This document shows positions 14,370 through 27,196 of a stretch of DNA of 64,000 nt, in pieces. How positions within the stretch are numbered: the first letter of the stretch is position 1; every line of letters begins with the position of its first letter. Source of the stretch: Schmidtea polychroa (taxonomy: Eukaryota). The position numbers were made by a program, and so were the translations under genes. The notes beneath the pieces are model-generated. The model was not told where the DNA came from, searched no databases, and worked only from the letters and a program-made list of their open reading frames with translations. Location: NCBI GenBank assembly GCA_044892525.1, contig CM097885.1, positions 27,158,001 through 27,222,000 on the forward strand, written 5' to 3'.

Positions 14370-14782
14370 TACTTAAATTAATATTTAATTTAAAATTTAA
14401 AATTAAAAAATATTGTAAATATAATAAACTTTATTTTATAAAATAAAATATTAAAATAATTTGAAATTTAATTAAATTACAGAATTTGAAATTTTAAAAA
14501 AAATAGGAAATATTATTTGGGTAATTAAAATAAAATATAAATAGAATATAATTAAACCAATAAATTTATTATAAAATATGAAATAAATTTATTATCCTCC
14601 AACAATAATTATTAAATGTAATAATGATCAAAATCACTTGAAAAAGGCAGTGCCGAAAATTCGTGAGTATCAACAAACATCGATATATTACTGATTTATA
14701 GTTTTCAAACTCTTTTTTTAATAAATTTAATGGAAAAAATAATCACTAGTGAAATTGGAAGAAATAAAAGTCCTTATAATAA
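13886..14782 (+). mobile_element. 5'-truncated Penelope-like element: GIY-YIG 3' end plus hammerhead-containing pLTR
   Basis: It starts after (TA)n, encodes GIY-YIG, and ends in the hammerhead repeat, which runs into (TAA)n. Confidence 0.7.
14634..14666 (+). ncRNA. Minimal type I hammerhead ribozyme, U3-A8 core variant (best copy)
   Basis: Stem I TCAC/GTGA; core TTGAAAA plus one extra A; stem II GGC-AGT-GCC; GAAA; palindromic AATT mini stem III; UC cleavage site at 14661-14662. Confidence 0.7.
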
Positions 14783-14786
14783 TAAT

Positions 14787-14870
<84 letters not shown>

Positions 14871-14893
14871 TAATAATAATAATAATTAATAAT

Positions 14894-14934
<41 letters not shown>

Positions 14935-15840
14935 CAATAAAATGATAATTTAAGCTCATTTTACATGTTTCAATAAATTTTTTGATTTCGAAAATGGTCC
15001 TGAATTAGGTTATTTTTTCTTGAGTATAAAAATTCGCCCTCTTCCAAATTGATCATTTTATTTTATTTGCATTTTAATTGAGGTTAGGGAAAACTATAGA
15101 ATTGAAATTATAAAAGTTTTGAGAGTAACGTATTTAGGATTAGGATTTTAACCATTAACTGCATGATTTTCCCAAATTCTAACGAATTTTTTTTAAAATG
15201 TCAATATCACGCGTACAAAGACATTTATTAGAATAATTTGAAAATACAATGGCTCGGCGTTTTGTTACACTTATGCAACACTGTGCATTAGAGTTCTTTT
15301 ATTGCATGTATACTGAGTTATAAACGCTTAAATAAATTGTTACAGATATGCAACAGAATGCATTTAACGGTAAAAACAAACGCAAATTATTTTGCTTCTA
15401 AATGAAAATAGTTCCATAATTTTATCTGACTCAAGGTATGTTAAAATAAAGCTAAATGTAATTTCTTGTTAGCATAATATTAAATGTTAAAATTTTTGAT
15501 AATTCAAAGTCGTTCATTGAATGTAAAAATTTCGACTTTTAGTAAATCTTTGTTGCAATTTATTTAAATTTATTTTCTGTCATTATTCAAATGACATAGA
15601 ATAGAAAATTTTAGGAATATACTTTTATTATTTATTCTTATAAATATCAATTCATGAATGTTTTTTAAGTTTGTTAATATTTAATAAAAATCTTTCATTA
15701 GATTCCATGACTTGTTTTACTAGAGTCGGTTTTCCTCACTTTTCTAGATTTCTATTCAAATATCAATAAATTTTGATTGTAAGATATTTTTAATATATAC
15801 GTTACATAATAACTTTTCTACAGTCCTACCTTGAGTTAAA

Positions 15841-17817
15841 ATGTCAGCTAATGCAATTGGAATTGACTTAGGAACAACTTACTCATGTGTTGGAGTATTT
15901 CAACATGGAAAAGTCGAGATCATTGCCAATGATCAAGGAAACCGTACAACTCCAAGTTATGTTGCGTTTACAGACACAGAACGCTTAATCGGCGATGCGG
16001 CTAAGAATCAAGTTGCAATGAATCCTAATAATACTGTATTTGGTAAAATATTTCTTTATGTATTTAAATAACAGTGATTTATAGATGCTAAAAGATTAAT
16101 TGGTAGAAAGTTTGATGAACCCTCAGTGCAAAGTGACATGAAACACTGGTCATTTGATGTCATAACCGAAGCTGGAAGACCCAAAATCAAGGTAGAATTT
16201 AAGGGCGAAAGGAAAACCTTTTATCCTGAAGAAATCTCATCAATGGTATTGATTAAGATGAAAGAAATAGCAGAGGCTTATCTTGGTAAAATAGTAAAGG
16301 ATGCTGTTATAACGGTTCCAGCATATTTTAATGATAGTCAAAGACAAGCCACAAAAGATGCAGGTGCAATTAGTGGATTAAATGTGTTGAGAATTATAAA
16401 TGAGCCAACAGCTGCTGCAATTGCATATGGGTTAGATAAAAAAGTCGGAGCTGAACGAAATGTGTTGATTTTTGATTTGGGTGGTGGGACGTTTGATGTT
16501 TCAATTTTAACAATTGAAGATGGGATATTTGAAGTGAAATCTACAGCAGGTGATACTCATTTAGGGGGCGAAGATTTTGATAATCGCATGGTGAATCATT
16601 TCATTCAAGAATTCAAACGAAAGCATAAGAAGGATATCAGTGATAACAAGAGGGCGGTAAGAAGGTTAAGAACGGCATGTGAGCGAGCAAAACGAACTCT
16701 GAGTTCAAGTGCACAGGCAAATGTTGAAATAGATTCATTATATGAGGGCATTGATTTCTACACGTCGATCACTAGAGCGAGATTTGAAGAGCTTAATGCT
16801 GATTTATTCAGGTCGACCCTAGAGCCAGTTGAAAAGTCATTACGAGATGCAAAATTAGATAAAAATACAATTCATGATATCGTTTTAGTCGGGGGGTCAA
16901 CAAGAATACCTAAAATTCAGAAATTGTTACAGGATCTTTTTAATGGAAAAGAACTGAATAAATCGATTAATCCAGATGAAGCAGTTGCATATGGTGCAGC
17001 AGTGCAGGCTGCGATTTTATCCGGAGATAAATCAGAGGCAGTGCAAGATCTGTTGCTATTAGATGTTGCACCATTGAGTTTGGGGATAGAAACCGCTGGT
17101 GGGGTAATGACGGCATTGATTAAACGAAATACAACTATTCCTACGAAGCAAACACAAATATTTACTACATATTCTGATAATCAACCAGGAGTGCTGATCC
17201 AGGTATATGAGGGTGAACGTGCCATGACGAAGGACAATAATTTGCTTGGTAAATTTGAATTAGCCGGAATTCCACCAGCTCCCAGGGGAGTTCCACAAAT
17301 CGAAGTGACATTTGATATTGATGCAAACGGCATATTAAATGTGTCAGCGGTTGAGAAAGGTACCGGGAAAGAAAATAAAATTACGATTACAAATGACAAA
17401 GGTAGATTGTCAAAAGATGATATTGAACGCATGGTTAATGAGGCCGAGAAATACAAAAAAGAAGATGAAAATCAAAAAGAACGAATAGCCGCTAAAAATT
17501 CCTTGGAAAGTTATTCATATCAAATGAAATCGACAGTTGAGGATGAGAAATTGAAAGATAAAATTTCAGAGTCTGATCGTAAGAAAATAATTGAAAAGTG
17601 TCAAGAGGCGATAACTTGGCTTGAAAAAAATCAACAAGCCTCAAAGGATGAATTCGATTATCATTACAAAGAATTGGAGAAGTTGTGCAATCCTATTATG
17701 GCGAAAATGTATCAGGGAACTGGAGGACCAGGTGGATTCCCGGGAGGGTTTCCAGGGGCTCCTGGAGCACACAGTGGCGATGACAAGCAAGGTCCAACTG
17801 TTGAAGAAGTTGATTAA
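15841..17817 (+). CDS. hsp70: Cytosolic heat shock protein 70 (HSC70/HSP70); exons 15841-16042 and 16085-17817, 644 aa
   Basis: [36 protein letters not shown] and C-terminal GPTVEEVD. The GT-AG 42-bp intron restores [13 protein letters not shown]. There is a probable 5'UTR intron at 15436-15823 and AATAAA at ~17882. Confidence 0.98.
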
Positions 17818-18415
17818 ATGTTCTTTCAAGGTGTCTAGTTGTGTTTTGTTGGATTAAATTCTCATTTTATTTCTTTTAATTAATAAATTTGTTATATATG
17901 ATTTGTTAAGTAATAATGCTTATATTTCACTGTATTGCTTGTGTCCAATTAGAAATTGATAAATATCGCGGAAGCTTATTTTCAGAATATTTTTATTTAA
18001 ATTATTTTACGAATTAAATTATATTAATTATGATTTGGCGTTATTAATTATTTTCGTGAATTTAGCAGGATAGAGACAATTATTATATAATTATACAGAA
18101 TTTCATCAACCAAGTTCGTCTTTAGTTAATTTTAAATTAGAAATCATTGATAAATTTGGGTTAATTTTATTAAGTTAATTAATATTTAATTTATTGATAT
18201 TTTTGTTTAAATTTATCTAATATCGAGAATTTCAAATGAATAAATTTTGTTGAATGAAATATCAATACTATCGTATCTATGTAAAACATAATTAATATCC
18301 TCGAAAATTTATTAGTTATAAAATTGTGATGTTGATATATGAATCCCATCTGAAGGTGATAATGATTTGGATGCGATACTCGTGCTGGATGAAAAGTTTG
18401 TTCTGAGTTGTTAGA

Positions 18416-18851
18416 AGGCCCGCCAACAGCAAATCCGGGCTCCTAGGCAGAGGAATTCATGGGCCCCTAAACAATTGCTAATCGTACAACGCATAAAAAC
18501 CAGATGACGTTGTAGTGGCCTCTGGCCCGTGGGTGTGTTCTATAGTACACAAATGATATGCATGGTTTCAGTTTCAGTAATCATGGTTAGTAAATATAAC
18601 AGTTTTAGTTCCAGCATTAAAAAAACTCAAAACTTTATTTAGTTTATATTTGAATATTGATTCCGATGTTGATCTAACTACTTGTTGATGTTCGTTCAAT
18701 TTATTCTGTTGGAATTCAGATGCTTGAACTTTAAACTGATTAGAGTTAAGTCAACTTAAGTGCTAGTAATATTATATTAGCAAATCGAACCCGGGCTCCT
18801 AAATATCGTCCCTGGGCATTTGCACCCCCTGATCCCCCTTTCGACAGGTCT
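18416..18851. mobile_element. Degenerate hAT-type MITE
   Basis: Imperfect ends AGGCCCGCC.../...CGACAGGTCTG, with GC-rich subterminal GGGCTCCT/GGGCCCC motifs like the other hAT MITEs here. No clear TSD. Confidence 0.45.
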
Positions 18852-19029
18852 GATGGTTAGTACAAATTTTATTGGTGAGCTTCATTTATTCTTATATTTT
18901 TGTTTCTCTTTATTTCAAACGTCTATATTTTTTTATTCTGATTATTTAAACAAGTGGTTTGTTTTCTTTATATCTTTTAGTACATTAAAATATAATATAT
19001 CCATATAAACAAATATGCAAATATCTATA

Positions 19030-19400
19030 AAGTGGAGGCACTACAATAGCCCCCGCCGAAGTACATGTAGCACTTTGATAGGTGAAACAGAAATAAATTA
19101 TCATTCTTACCTTGATTGTCTTAATGGGTTAAAAATACCTAAAGTCATTCAAACAAGACTTGGGTCAAAAAATTATCAACTCTATACATAGGTGGCTCTA
19201 AAAAAAGGACGATAGAAGGGTTTAGGTAGGTCGGAACAAAGGTTTTGCATATGGGCATTATGGTAAAAAGTATTGTTGGCAATGATGATAATATGTTCAA
19301 TAAATGAGTGGTATTTTTTATGTAGTATGTGAAACAGTTCCAGTCAAACTTCAAATATCATTGTTAAAAGATGGAAGAACGGTAAAAATTTTGAAGCTCA
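19030..19400 (-). pseudogene. Possible degenerate Penelope-type reverse transcriptase relic
   Basis: YIKNTTHLLNILSSLP resembles the PLE RT 'YIKDTxxFL' region, and GAIVVPPLY resembles 'MGxxxAPxYA'. The match is weak. Confidence 0.3.
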
Positions 19401-20200
19401 AATACTACATAATAGGAACAGATAGATACAAGTAGTATGATGTGAGGACTCCAACGCACTTTCAAGGTCATCCCAATGTCCAGATCAAATATAGGTCAAT
19501 TGAATCATTTTATTTTTTAAATTTTATTTAATTAATTATTTTATTATGTTTTTATTTTAATTACTTACTTTAGTTAATTTATAATTTATTACATTTAATT
19601 AATTATTTTATTAATATTTTATTTTTATATTTTACGTTATTTAATTATTTTTTTTTCATTTTTATTATTATCTTACATCTCCATTTAATATATTCTAACA
19701 AGAGCGTAAATTGTAGCAATAATATTAAATATAAATTTAAATATAATGGGCATTAATTTTTTCAAAAAAAGTAATAATAATAATATATTATTAATAATAA
19801 TTAAAATTTATTAATAAATAAACCAAAAAAAAAATTAATTTATTACATTTAATTAATTATTTTATTAATATTTTATTTTAATATTTTACGTTATTTAATT
19901 AATTTTTTTTTGGTTTTTTTATTAATACTTTGAAAATAATATTTTGAAAATAATAATGAAAGAAAAAATATTTTGAAAATAATAATACTTTGCAAAAATA
20001 TTAATAATAATAATAATAATAATAAAAATAATTATAATAACAATACCCTTGTGAATTGTTGAGTGTGAACAATACCCATAGGAGGGACAGAATATTTTGT
20101 CGGATAAACTCATAGTTTATATAATAATAACAATTACAATTATACTTTGAAAATAAAATAAGAATAAATCCCATGGGCGCGTCATTGTCTTTGTTCTAAA

Positions 20201-20249
<49 letters not shown>

Positions 20250-20902
20250 TGAAAATAACTCTGAAAATATTATTATTAATAATAATAATATCCCCCGCGC
20301 GCTAATAATAATAATAATAATAAAAATAATAAAAATTGATGAAAATGCTGAAAATGGTGTCAAAATATGTTTTTAAAATATATTTAAGTTTTAAAATACC
20401 GCAACGTAATATTTTTTTTCTACCCGTTCATTGATTTTGATTGGTCAGAATTTAATAATATGCCCTTTGAGACATGTGAGCAGTACCCTTGTGAGCAGTA
20501 CCCTTGCAACTAGTTGAATGTGACCATTACCCACAAGGGGGCAAAATGTCTTGTCGGATAAACTCTGAGTATATATACATATGGTGGGTTACAGGTACTG
20601 CAAAATCTCTACCTCCTCATGCTGTTTCCAGCGTAACCCAGAATACAATTTATAGCTGACCACTTGATACCCGTTGAGCAATCAACGTTGGTACTGTATC
20701 AAGGGTTTGGGTACTAGCAAAAAGTGAACATGTTTAACATACTATAATTGTCTAGCACCCACTGGGGTTCACGGACTGCCGATAGAAGGCCTATGTCCGG
20801 TTTCTTTTCGTCCCCGTTGCGACAATTAACGTTATGGGAAAAATCAAAATGCCCAGATATGGATGTACCAGTAAAGATTTATTCGGAAAACATGATCAGA
20901 AC

Positions 20903-21364
20903 TTATAGTGTCCTAGTCGATTCTTTCGGAGTAGACTCTGACCCAGCAGAATGAAGCGTTAATTGGGCCTGGCTGGCTTGTCTTATTCTCGCCCGCCCCG
21001 CTTTACCCGGCCGGATCTTCTTCCTCGGAATTATTGGTGGGGTGCACTCCTTCGGTTTGTGGAGCAGCTCACTCATGGGTCGGATCTTGGAAATGACCTC
21101 TCGATAAAGGTCCTGTTGGTGTACCTTTATCTCCAGCTCCTTCACTCTCAGGCGGAGGGCCCGTAACTCAACCTGATCCTGTGCACTCTGGAGTTGCAGT
21201 TGAGTGATCAGCTTCATCCGTTTTTTCATTTCTGCTGGCGGGAACCAGGTACATTCGAAATTCCGGCAATGGGCCTTGACTCGTGCTAGCTTGGCCCAGT
21301 ATTCCTCTGCCAGTTGTTGCGCCCGTTCTCTATCTGCTCGCATCTCTTCCAGGAGTTTTAGCAC
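20903..21364 (-). CDS. Hypothetical coiled-coil protein with basic C-terminus (element cargo; probably a 3' exon)
   Basis: 153-aa GC-rich ORF in an AT-rich context with heptad-like E/Q/R/L runs and a PRKKIRPGKAGRARIR tail. It is preceded on the minus strand by a TTTTAG acceptor at ~21364. Confidence 0.5.
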   Translation of the reverse strand: MLKLLEEMRADRERAQQLAEEYWAKLARVKAHCRNFECTWFPPAEMKKRMKLITQLQLQSAQDQVELRALRLRVKELEIKVHQQDLYREVISKIRPMSELLHKPKECTPPIIPRKKIRPGKAGRARIRQASQAQLTLHSAGSESTPKESTRTL

Positions 21365-21797
21365 TAAAACAAGACAACATTAGTAATTTTCACGTCAGCA
21401 TCAAGTGTCGAGCATTATTATGAGCATCAATACTAAATGAATGTAATCTCCTCGTCGCAGCCCTCCTCTACGCGCACCTAAACCGAGTTCTATGAATCTT
21501 ACCAAACCTTATGGGGCTGTCAACGTTAAGGAAAATTATAGTCAATAGTAATAATAGTCAACGCTATAGAACATCAAAAATCAAGCAATACACGCAATTA
21601 AATTAATATTGACAACCAAAACACAAACAAACAATTAAATTAATATGAACTACCAAGACATAACGAGTAATATTTTACCCCTGGATCAAAGACGTCCATC
21701 CCATTACATAATAACACACTGTACGTTTAATAACAGTGTCATTGCATGATAATTAGTTTTCTATCACAAGTCGTAGTCTTTGGTCACAACGCAGACG

Positions 21798-22282
21798 TTA
21801 GGCGTGTCGCACAACGCTGGCTTTCGGTCCAGTAATCTCCTTGGCTGATCCGGCGGTTCTTCGTGGGCGTCCGCGTTTTCTCGGCTGGTCCGGTCCTCGT
21901 CGAGGACTTCTCTGGCATTCCAGCCCACGGCGAAGAGCTGCGGTCCGCTTTGGATGGCATTGGGCTCGAGCGTAGCCGTCGATGTCCTCCAGCTCGCCGG
22001 CCAGGGTTGCTACCGGTCCACCGCCTCCTTCGCATCGTCGAATGCGTCGCTCAAAGCCAATGAGGTATAATTGATGTACGGTTCCACCTTCGGGATTACT
22101 GGGACTTCGTTCTGGTAGGTCCAATCATGGATCTTATACCAGATCCATCTAGACCTTAGCCGGGCGATTTCTGCGTCCTCCCTCAATCGGAGGGCTTCGT
22201 TTGCCTCCTCGCAGGTAATTCCGAGCCTCGAGTCGGTTGACGAGTGACCTTCCTGTACGCTCCTTGGTTCAGTGTTGAACAT
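21798..22282 (-). pseudogene. GC-rich cargo ORF(s) ending in an AT-hook (PRKRGRPRR), apparently frameshifted
   Basis: Overlapping ORFs 22010-22282 and 21798-22124. The AT-hook core is encoded at 21858-21884. Mini-intron-like signals lie at ~22286-22326. Confidence 0.45.
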
Positions 22283-25200
22283 GACTGTAATGATGAAGAG
22301 AAATATTAAAATATTTCATAACTTACCTTCGTTCACCCATTTGGGTTCGTATTAACCAGGGACGTTCAACGTAATATTATATTCCAACCTCAAATGTAAC
22401 ACACATCAAGCCAACAGATAATGCCTTTTGTGATTAAGATGGGTTTAAGTTGCGAATCAGTTACCCGATTTGACTCTTCAACTGAACTCAAGGGAATTTA
22501 TTCGATAATTAGAAGTTTAAGAGTTTGACCATATATAATTGTTAACTTAACTAAATTCATATATATGTAATTTAAGTACTACTAAGTTCAGATTTAATAC
22601 GTTAAGAGTTGATAAATTAAAATTAGCAAATGAACTACAAAATTTCTATCCTTAATTTTTTATTCTCAATCTACTGTTGTTTAACTGAGTCAAAAATATT
22701 AAATTGTTGATTTAATGTTTAACCATTATTTAAAAATAATTTATTTAAAAATCATTACAAAAGAAAAACTATGCTGCTAGGATCCACCACGGGAGGGATA
22801 TTACTACGTGCCAATAGTATATTCGGCCCCTAGCAATTCTCATCCGTGGGGGTTGTAAGCAGCTTCATCGTCATTTCAATGGGATGGGTAATTAATTTTC
22901 AGATTTCTAATTCGTTTAATTTCAGAAATATATTCTTCGCGAATTCTGACTAATCACAAAATTTGTTTGGACAAATTTTCGAAACTTCGGCTGTCTGATG
23001 GGAATCCAGAACTTACTACTTAATTTGTCCGGTATCCAGTTGGAAATTTGCAATTATCTCAATATTTTGGATCTATGTTTGTACATGCAGGGGAAATTTA
23101 GGATAATAATTTGAACCCGAGGGGAGTTTTTAGAGAGGCTCTGCTCTCCTCGGTAAGACTTGTACAGTGGCTGGACTGAATTTTTCCAATCAGGTTTATA
23201 ATTTTTGTTAAATATAATGGTTTAGTTTCTGTTGAATTTAATTAACTAGTTAATTTTTATCGTAATAATTATTAAGTAATTCTATCCTCCTTTCATTTGA
23301 ATTTAAGTAACTAACGATTTGAATTATAATACATTTTGTTACTTATTATCCCTCGTCCATGATCATGTGGGTACCTATCTTAGCTTGGGCCGTCAAACCT
23401 GGGGAAAGGTCCTTTGCCCTTGCCGACATACTTTGGATCTACTTCTGGGACAACAGGGGTTGAATGCGCACGAGTGAGATAAGTTTTCTAGGAAGGTTGG
23501 AGTTCCTACTGACATGGTCGATGGCGATTGGCTCGTTTACGAGAGAGTATGTGTCATCCATTCGGTCAACTAGAGTTGGTTCGATGAGGGTAACCCTGGG
23601 TTTGCAGGGTTGTTACTATTAATAGAAGCGGTGTTATTGGTCAAATTTTACTATGAGGAAAAGGAAATCGATAATATCGGTTTTGAACTTTTCTATTAAT
23701 AGTAACGTTTTAAGAAATCGATAAATTGGTTGGAGTAAGTTATATAGTTAATAAGTAGGGTAGAATGGGATGTTAGATCGATGATGTCATTAAGGGATAA
23801 AAATAGGAAGAAATTAATTGAGTTCTCCGTAATATCCTGTGATCCAATTTTCTTTATTAAATAAATTTAATTGTGTTAATTATTCATGAATAAAATCTAA
23901 ATAGTATTAAATGAGGATTAAATATTAATGTAGATTTATAATTATAAAGATTAGAGCCTGGGGTCAATCATAAAAATTGTGAAATTATTATGAAATGAAT
24001 TATGAGTGATTTTTCTGAATATAACCTAAATTAGCATGACTAGGCAGTCATTAACGACGGTATGAACCGGGGGAAGGGGGGTCATCGGTGAAAATTATTC
24101 AAAAAAAAAATTTCTTTTTGACATGAAATACAATATATTTAAAAACCAAGCTAAACTAGAATCTGTGAGTAACTAGTAATGACCACATGGTTTGAGGGGG
24201 GTCAATTGAGAAAAATTCTCTAAATTTATTTCATAGAAATAATATAAGTTAAATATACTTACAGGATAGTCAAATATTAATTTGAGAAGATACGGCATGT
24301 TATGGCATAAAAATTTTAATATATAAATTCCTATAACATAATTCTAGATGGTATGGTTTAATAATTAATCTCTATTAACCAAACAATATGGCCACCCGGG
24401 TATATATTTATAGAACGTCCTTTGGATGGGGCAGATTCTTTTTAATCAACTAATATATACATTTCTAAAATAATCAGATGATGTTGATACTAGTATGTAT
24501 ATGTAGAAAATCTTTTATCTAGTACAAGGTTAATAATTAGTATAGACATATAAATTCCTGAAATACATTTTTAAATAATATCGATTTGAAATATGCTAAC
24601 TACATAATATCAATGTTAATTTATAATTATATGAAGCACAAGTTTGGTTCGTATAGATTTAAAATCATTATCAAATAATATAGGCATCAATAACTTTATA
24701 AAATATATTTTCGACAATGTAGCCCAAAAAATTTGTATTCATTGACCCAATAGTCTAGACATTAATATGTAAAATCGTGGGTAGGTTTAGACTCAATCTT
24801 TTCATATTCATTAAGAGGTGATTTAAAAGCATAACAGTTTCAGATTCTTCTCCGATATGATCGATAAGGTACTATACAATATGATAGCGATTTTCATTTT
24901 AGAAAAATTGAAGAATTTTGTTTTCCAGAGATAAAAGGGCTTTCATGATATCAATATTTTTATGATGCTACATTGTAGAGACGGGGCTCATTCAAAGTAC
25001 TTTTAAGGGTATCAATTTCGTCAAAATTAAGGTATCATAAACTGGATAATTACACTAGATTCGGGTTCTTGATTATTAAATTTCTGATTAAATATAATTA
25101 CAGGTAATACCAATTAGAGTATATTAATAATATTCGATATCCAAAGTATTAAACATTTGAATAATTTGGTGCAATTAACCGACTACTTGAGAACTTTTGT

Positions 25201-25779
25201 GATAATTTAAGTCTGGGATATTTCCCTTTTAGGTATTCCTAGTGATATCTTTCCTATAGAATAGTTGAGTGTTTATTTTAGATATGTCATTTACCGAAAA
25301 GTCAATTAATTAAAATTTTCCTACTTTCCCGACTCAACTGAATACGGTACGATAGGCCTTATTGTACTATGTTTCCCGCGATTACTATCCCAAATTTTAT
25401 TTCGTCCGCATAGTCCCTGTGACTATGCCAACTACCAGGATGGATTTACCCGCCCTACTCCTGGTTAGAAACCATTTGTTTGTGGCGACCTCCGGTTAAA
25501 AAAAAATTGAAATTTTTATGCATGTAGGGTCGTAGACCCGAATTTGTGCAGTTAGTTAGAAACAAGGCTGATCAGCGTCGTGAATACAACCCGTTCACGA
25601 CGACGCTGGTCACTCTTGTTATATAATAGCAAAATTAAATGTGACAAAAAGACAAAAATTAGTTAATATAATGGACATAATAACACAATGATAATTAAAA
25701 TAATACAATCAACGGTCCTTACTTTTGGTTTCACTTGAATTTTCTATGAAAATTTTTGGCATACAAAAAGATTAAATTG

Positions 25780-26180
25780 TGACTAAAATGCGTCGGTATA
25801 TATACCTATTTTGTACACGTGTATGTATTGATGCATTAAAACAAACTCGAATTCTTTTTATTCCAGAATTTTCTATTTTGTAATTTTGATATTTTTAATG
25901 GCGATTTTTGCGTCATAATTTTTATTTTTATTTTTAAATTTTTATTTTCTAAATATTTTTTGCTAATTTTACCTCCATGATGGATTTGGAACGGTTCCAG
26001 AACATTCCATATTACTTTTAATTCAATTTTTATTTTAATTGATGTTTTCTGAATTTCGTTTTAAGAATTTTTTATTTTTCTTACTAATTTATTTATTTTT
26101 CTAACTTTTATTGTTCTAGGTAGCTTTTATGATGGTCATCGCCATTTTTATGGAATGTTCTGGGGTTTTCTGGAATTTTT
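25780..26180 (-). promoter_or_regulatory. Putative heat-shock-responsive promoter: TATA plus three HSEs
   Basis: TTCcaGAAttTTC at 25861-25873, TTCcaGAAcaTTC at 25995-26007 and the gapped GAAtgTTCtgGGGttTTCtgGAA at 26153-26175. TATATATA lies at ~25797-25804. Confidence 0.5.
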
Positions 26181-26458
26181 TACTGTTTTTACCGTCTTTT
26201 AAGTTATTCGAGTTTGATTTTTGTAACTCTATGTTTATTTGGTTATTTTTGAGTTAGATTTTGCATAACTTCTTGCTTTTGTATAATTTTATTTAATTTC
26301 TGTGTTTATATTTTTGTTGGTTTCTCTTTTAATTAATATTGTTTATTTGGCGTATTTTTAATATTTAACTATACTTTTTGCTTTTTGCATGTTATGTACC
26401 TACGCATTCCAGTCACAACTCAGGATTTTGGGTCTAGAGGTCAGTTCTAGCCCAACAC

Positions 26459-26510
<52 letters not shown>

Positions 26511-27133
26511 CACATATACACCCGTGTTAATCAAGGCATGTGCATTACAAATGCAATAAATATCGAATGTGATTGTGTGTAAAATATCTAATTATTGCTT
26601 CTCCTTGACAATTTTCTGTACAGGCACACAAATGTTTCATAAATTTTAAAGAAATTTGATAAAATTTCATATTTTTACACACACATAGTAATTTTCTTCC
26701 CCAAAGCACACATATAGATTTTTTAAAGAAATTTACATGATTTTTATAAAATTTATTATTTTTACAAACATAATAATTCTCTACACACACATAGATTTTT
26801 CAAAAATTTACATGTATTTGATAAAATTTCATATTTTTAAACACACATAATAATTCTGTACCCCATAACTTGTATGTGTGTAAATATTTTAGGTTTTTCA
26901 CTAATACTTGTAATAATAATAAATAATAATAATAATGGGTTGAGTATGTGTGTAAAAATAAATATGATATAATATCATGGTATGACAATAAATTTGCAAT
27001 ACAAGTGCATAATGAACATAGACTTTGCAATAAACGTGCATGATTAACAAAGTCATGAATATAATAATAAAGTTTAATAGGTTGAGTATGTGTGTAAAAA
27101 TATTTTAGCTTTTTTACTAATATTTGCAATACT

Positions 27134-27196
<63 letters not shown>

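Noticed and set aside
13384..14782. Full Penelope element flanked by two direct pLTRs
   Set aside because: No RT is present, and an unrelated element end (13631-13860) lies between the first repeat and the GIY-YIG, so these are probably separate insertions.
17181..17857. Short ORFs overlapping hsp70 (and similar ones antisense to DNAH10 exons)
   Set aside because: They are shadow frames of real coding sequence.
25482..25495. TGGCGACC as an LTR primer-binding site
   Set aside because: It is not preceded by an LTR-ending CA and no gag/pol follows.
22700..25500. Degenerate ORFs as Polinton polymerase, integrase or gag
   Set aside because: Multiple stops and no diagnostic motif recognised; this needs a frameshift-aware profile search.
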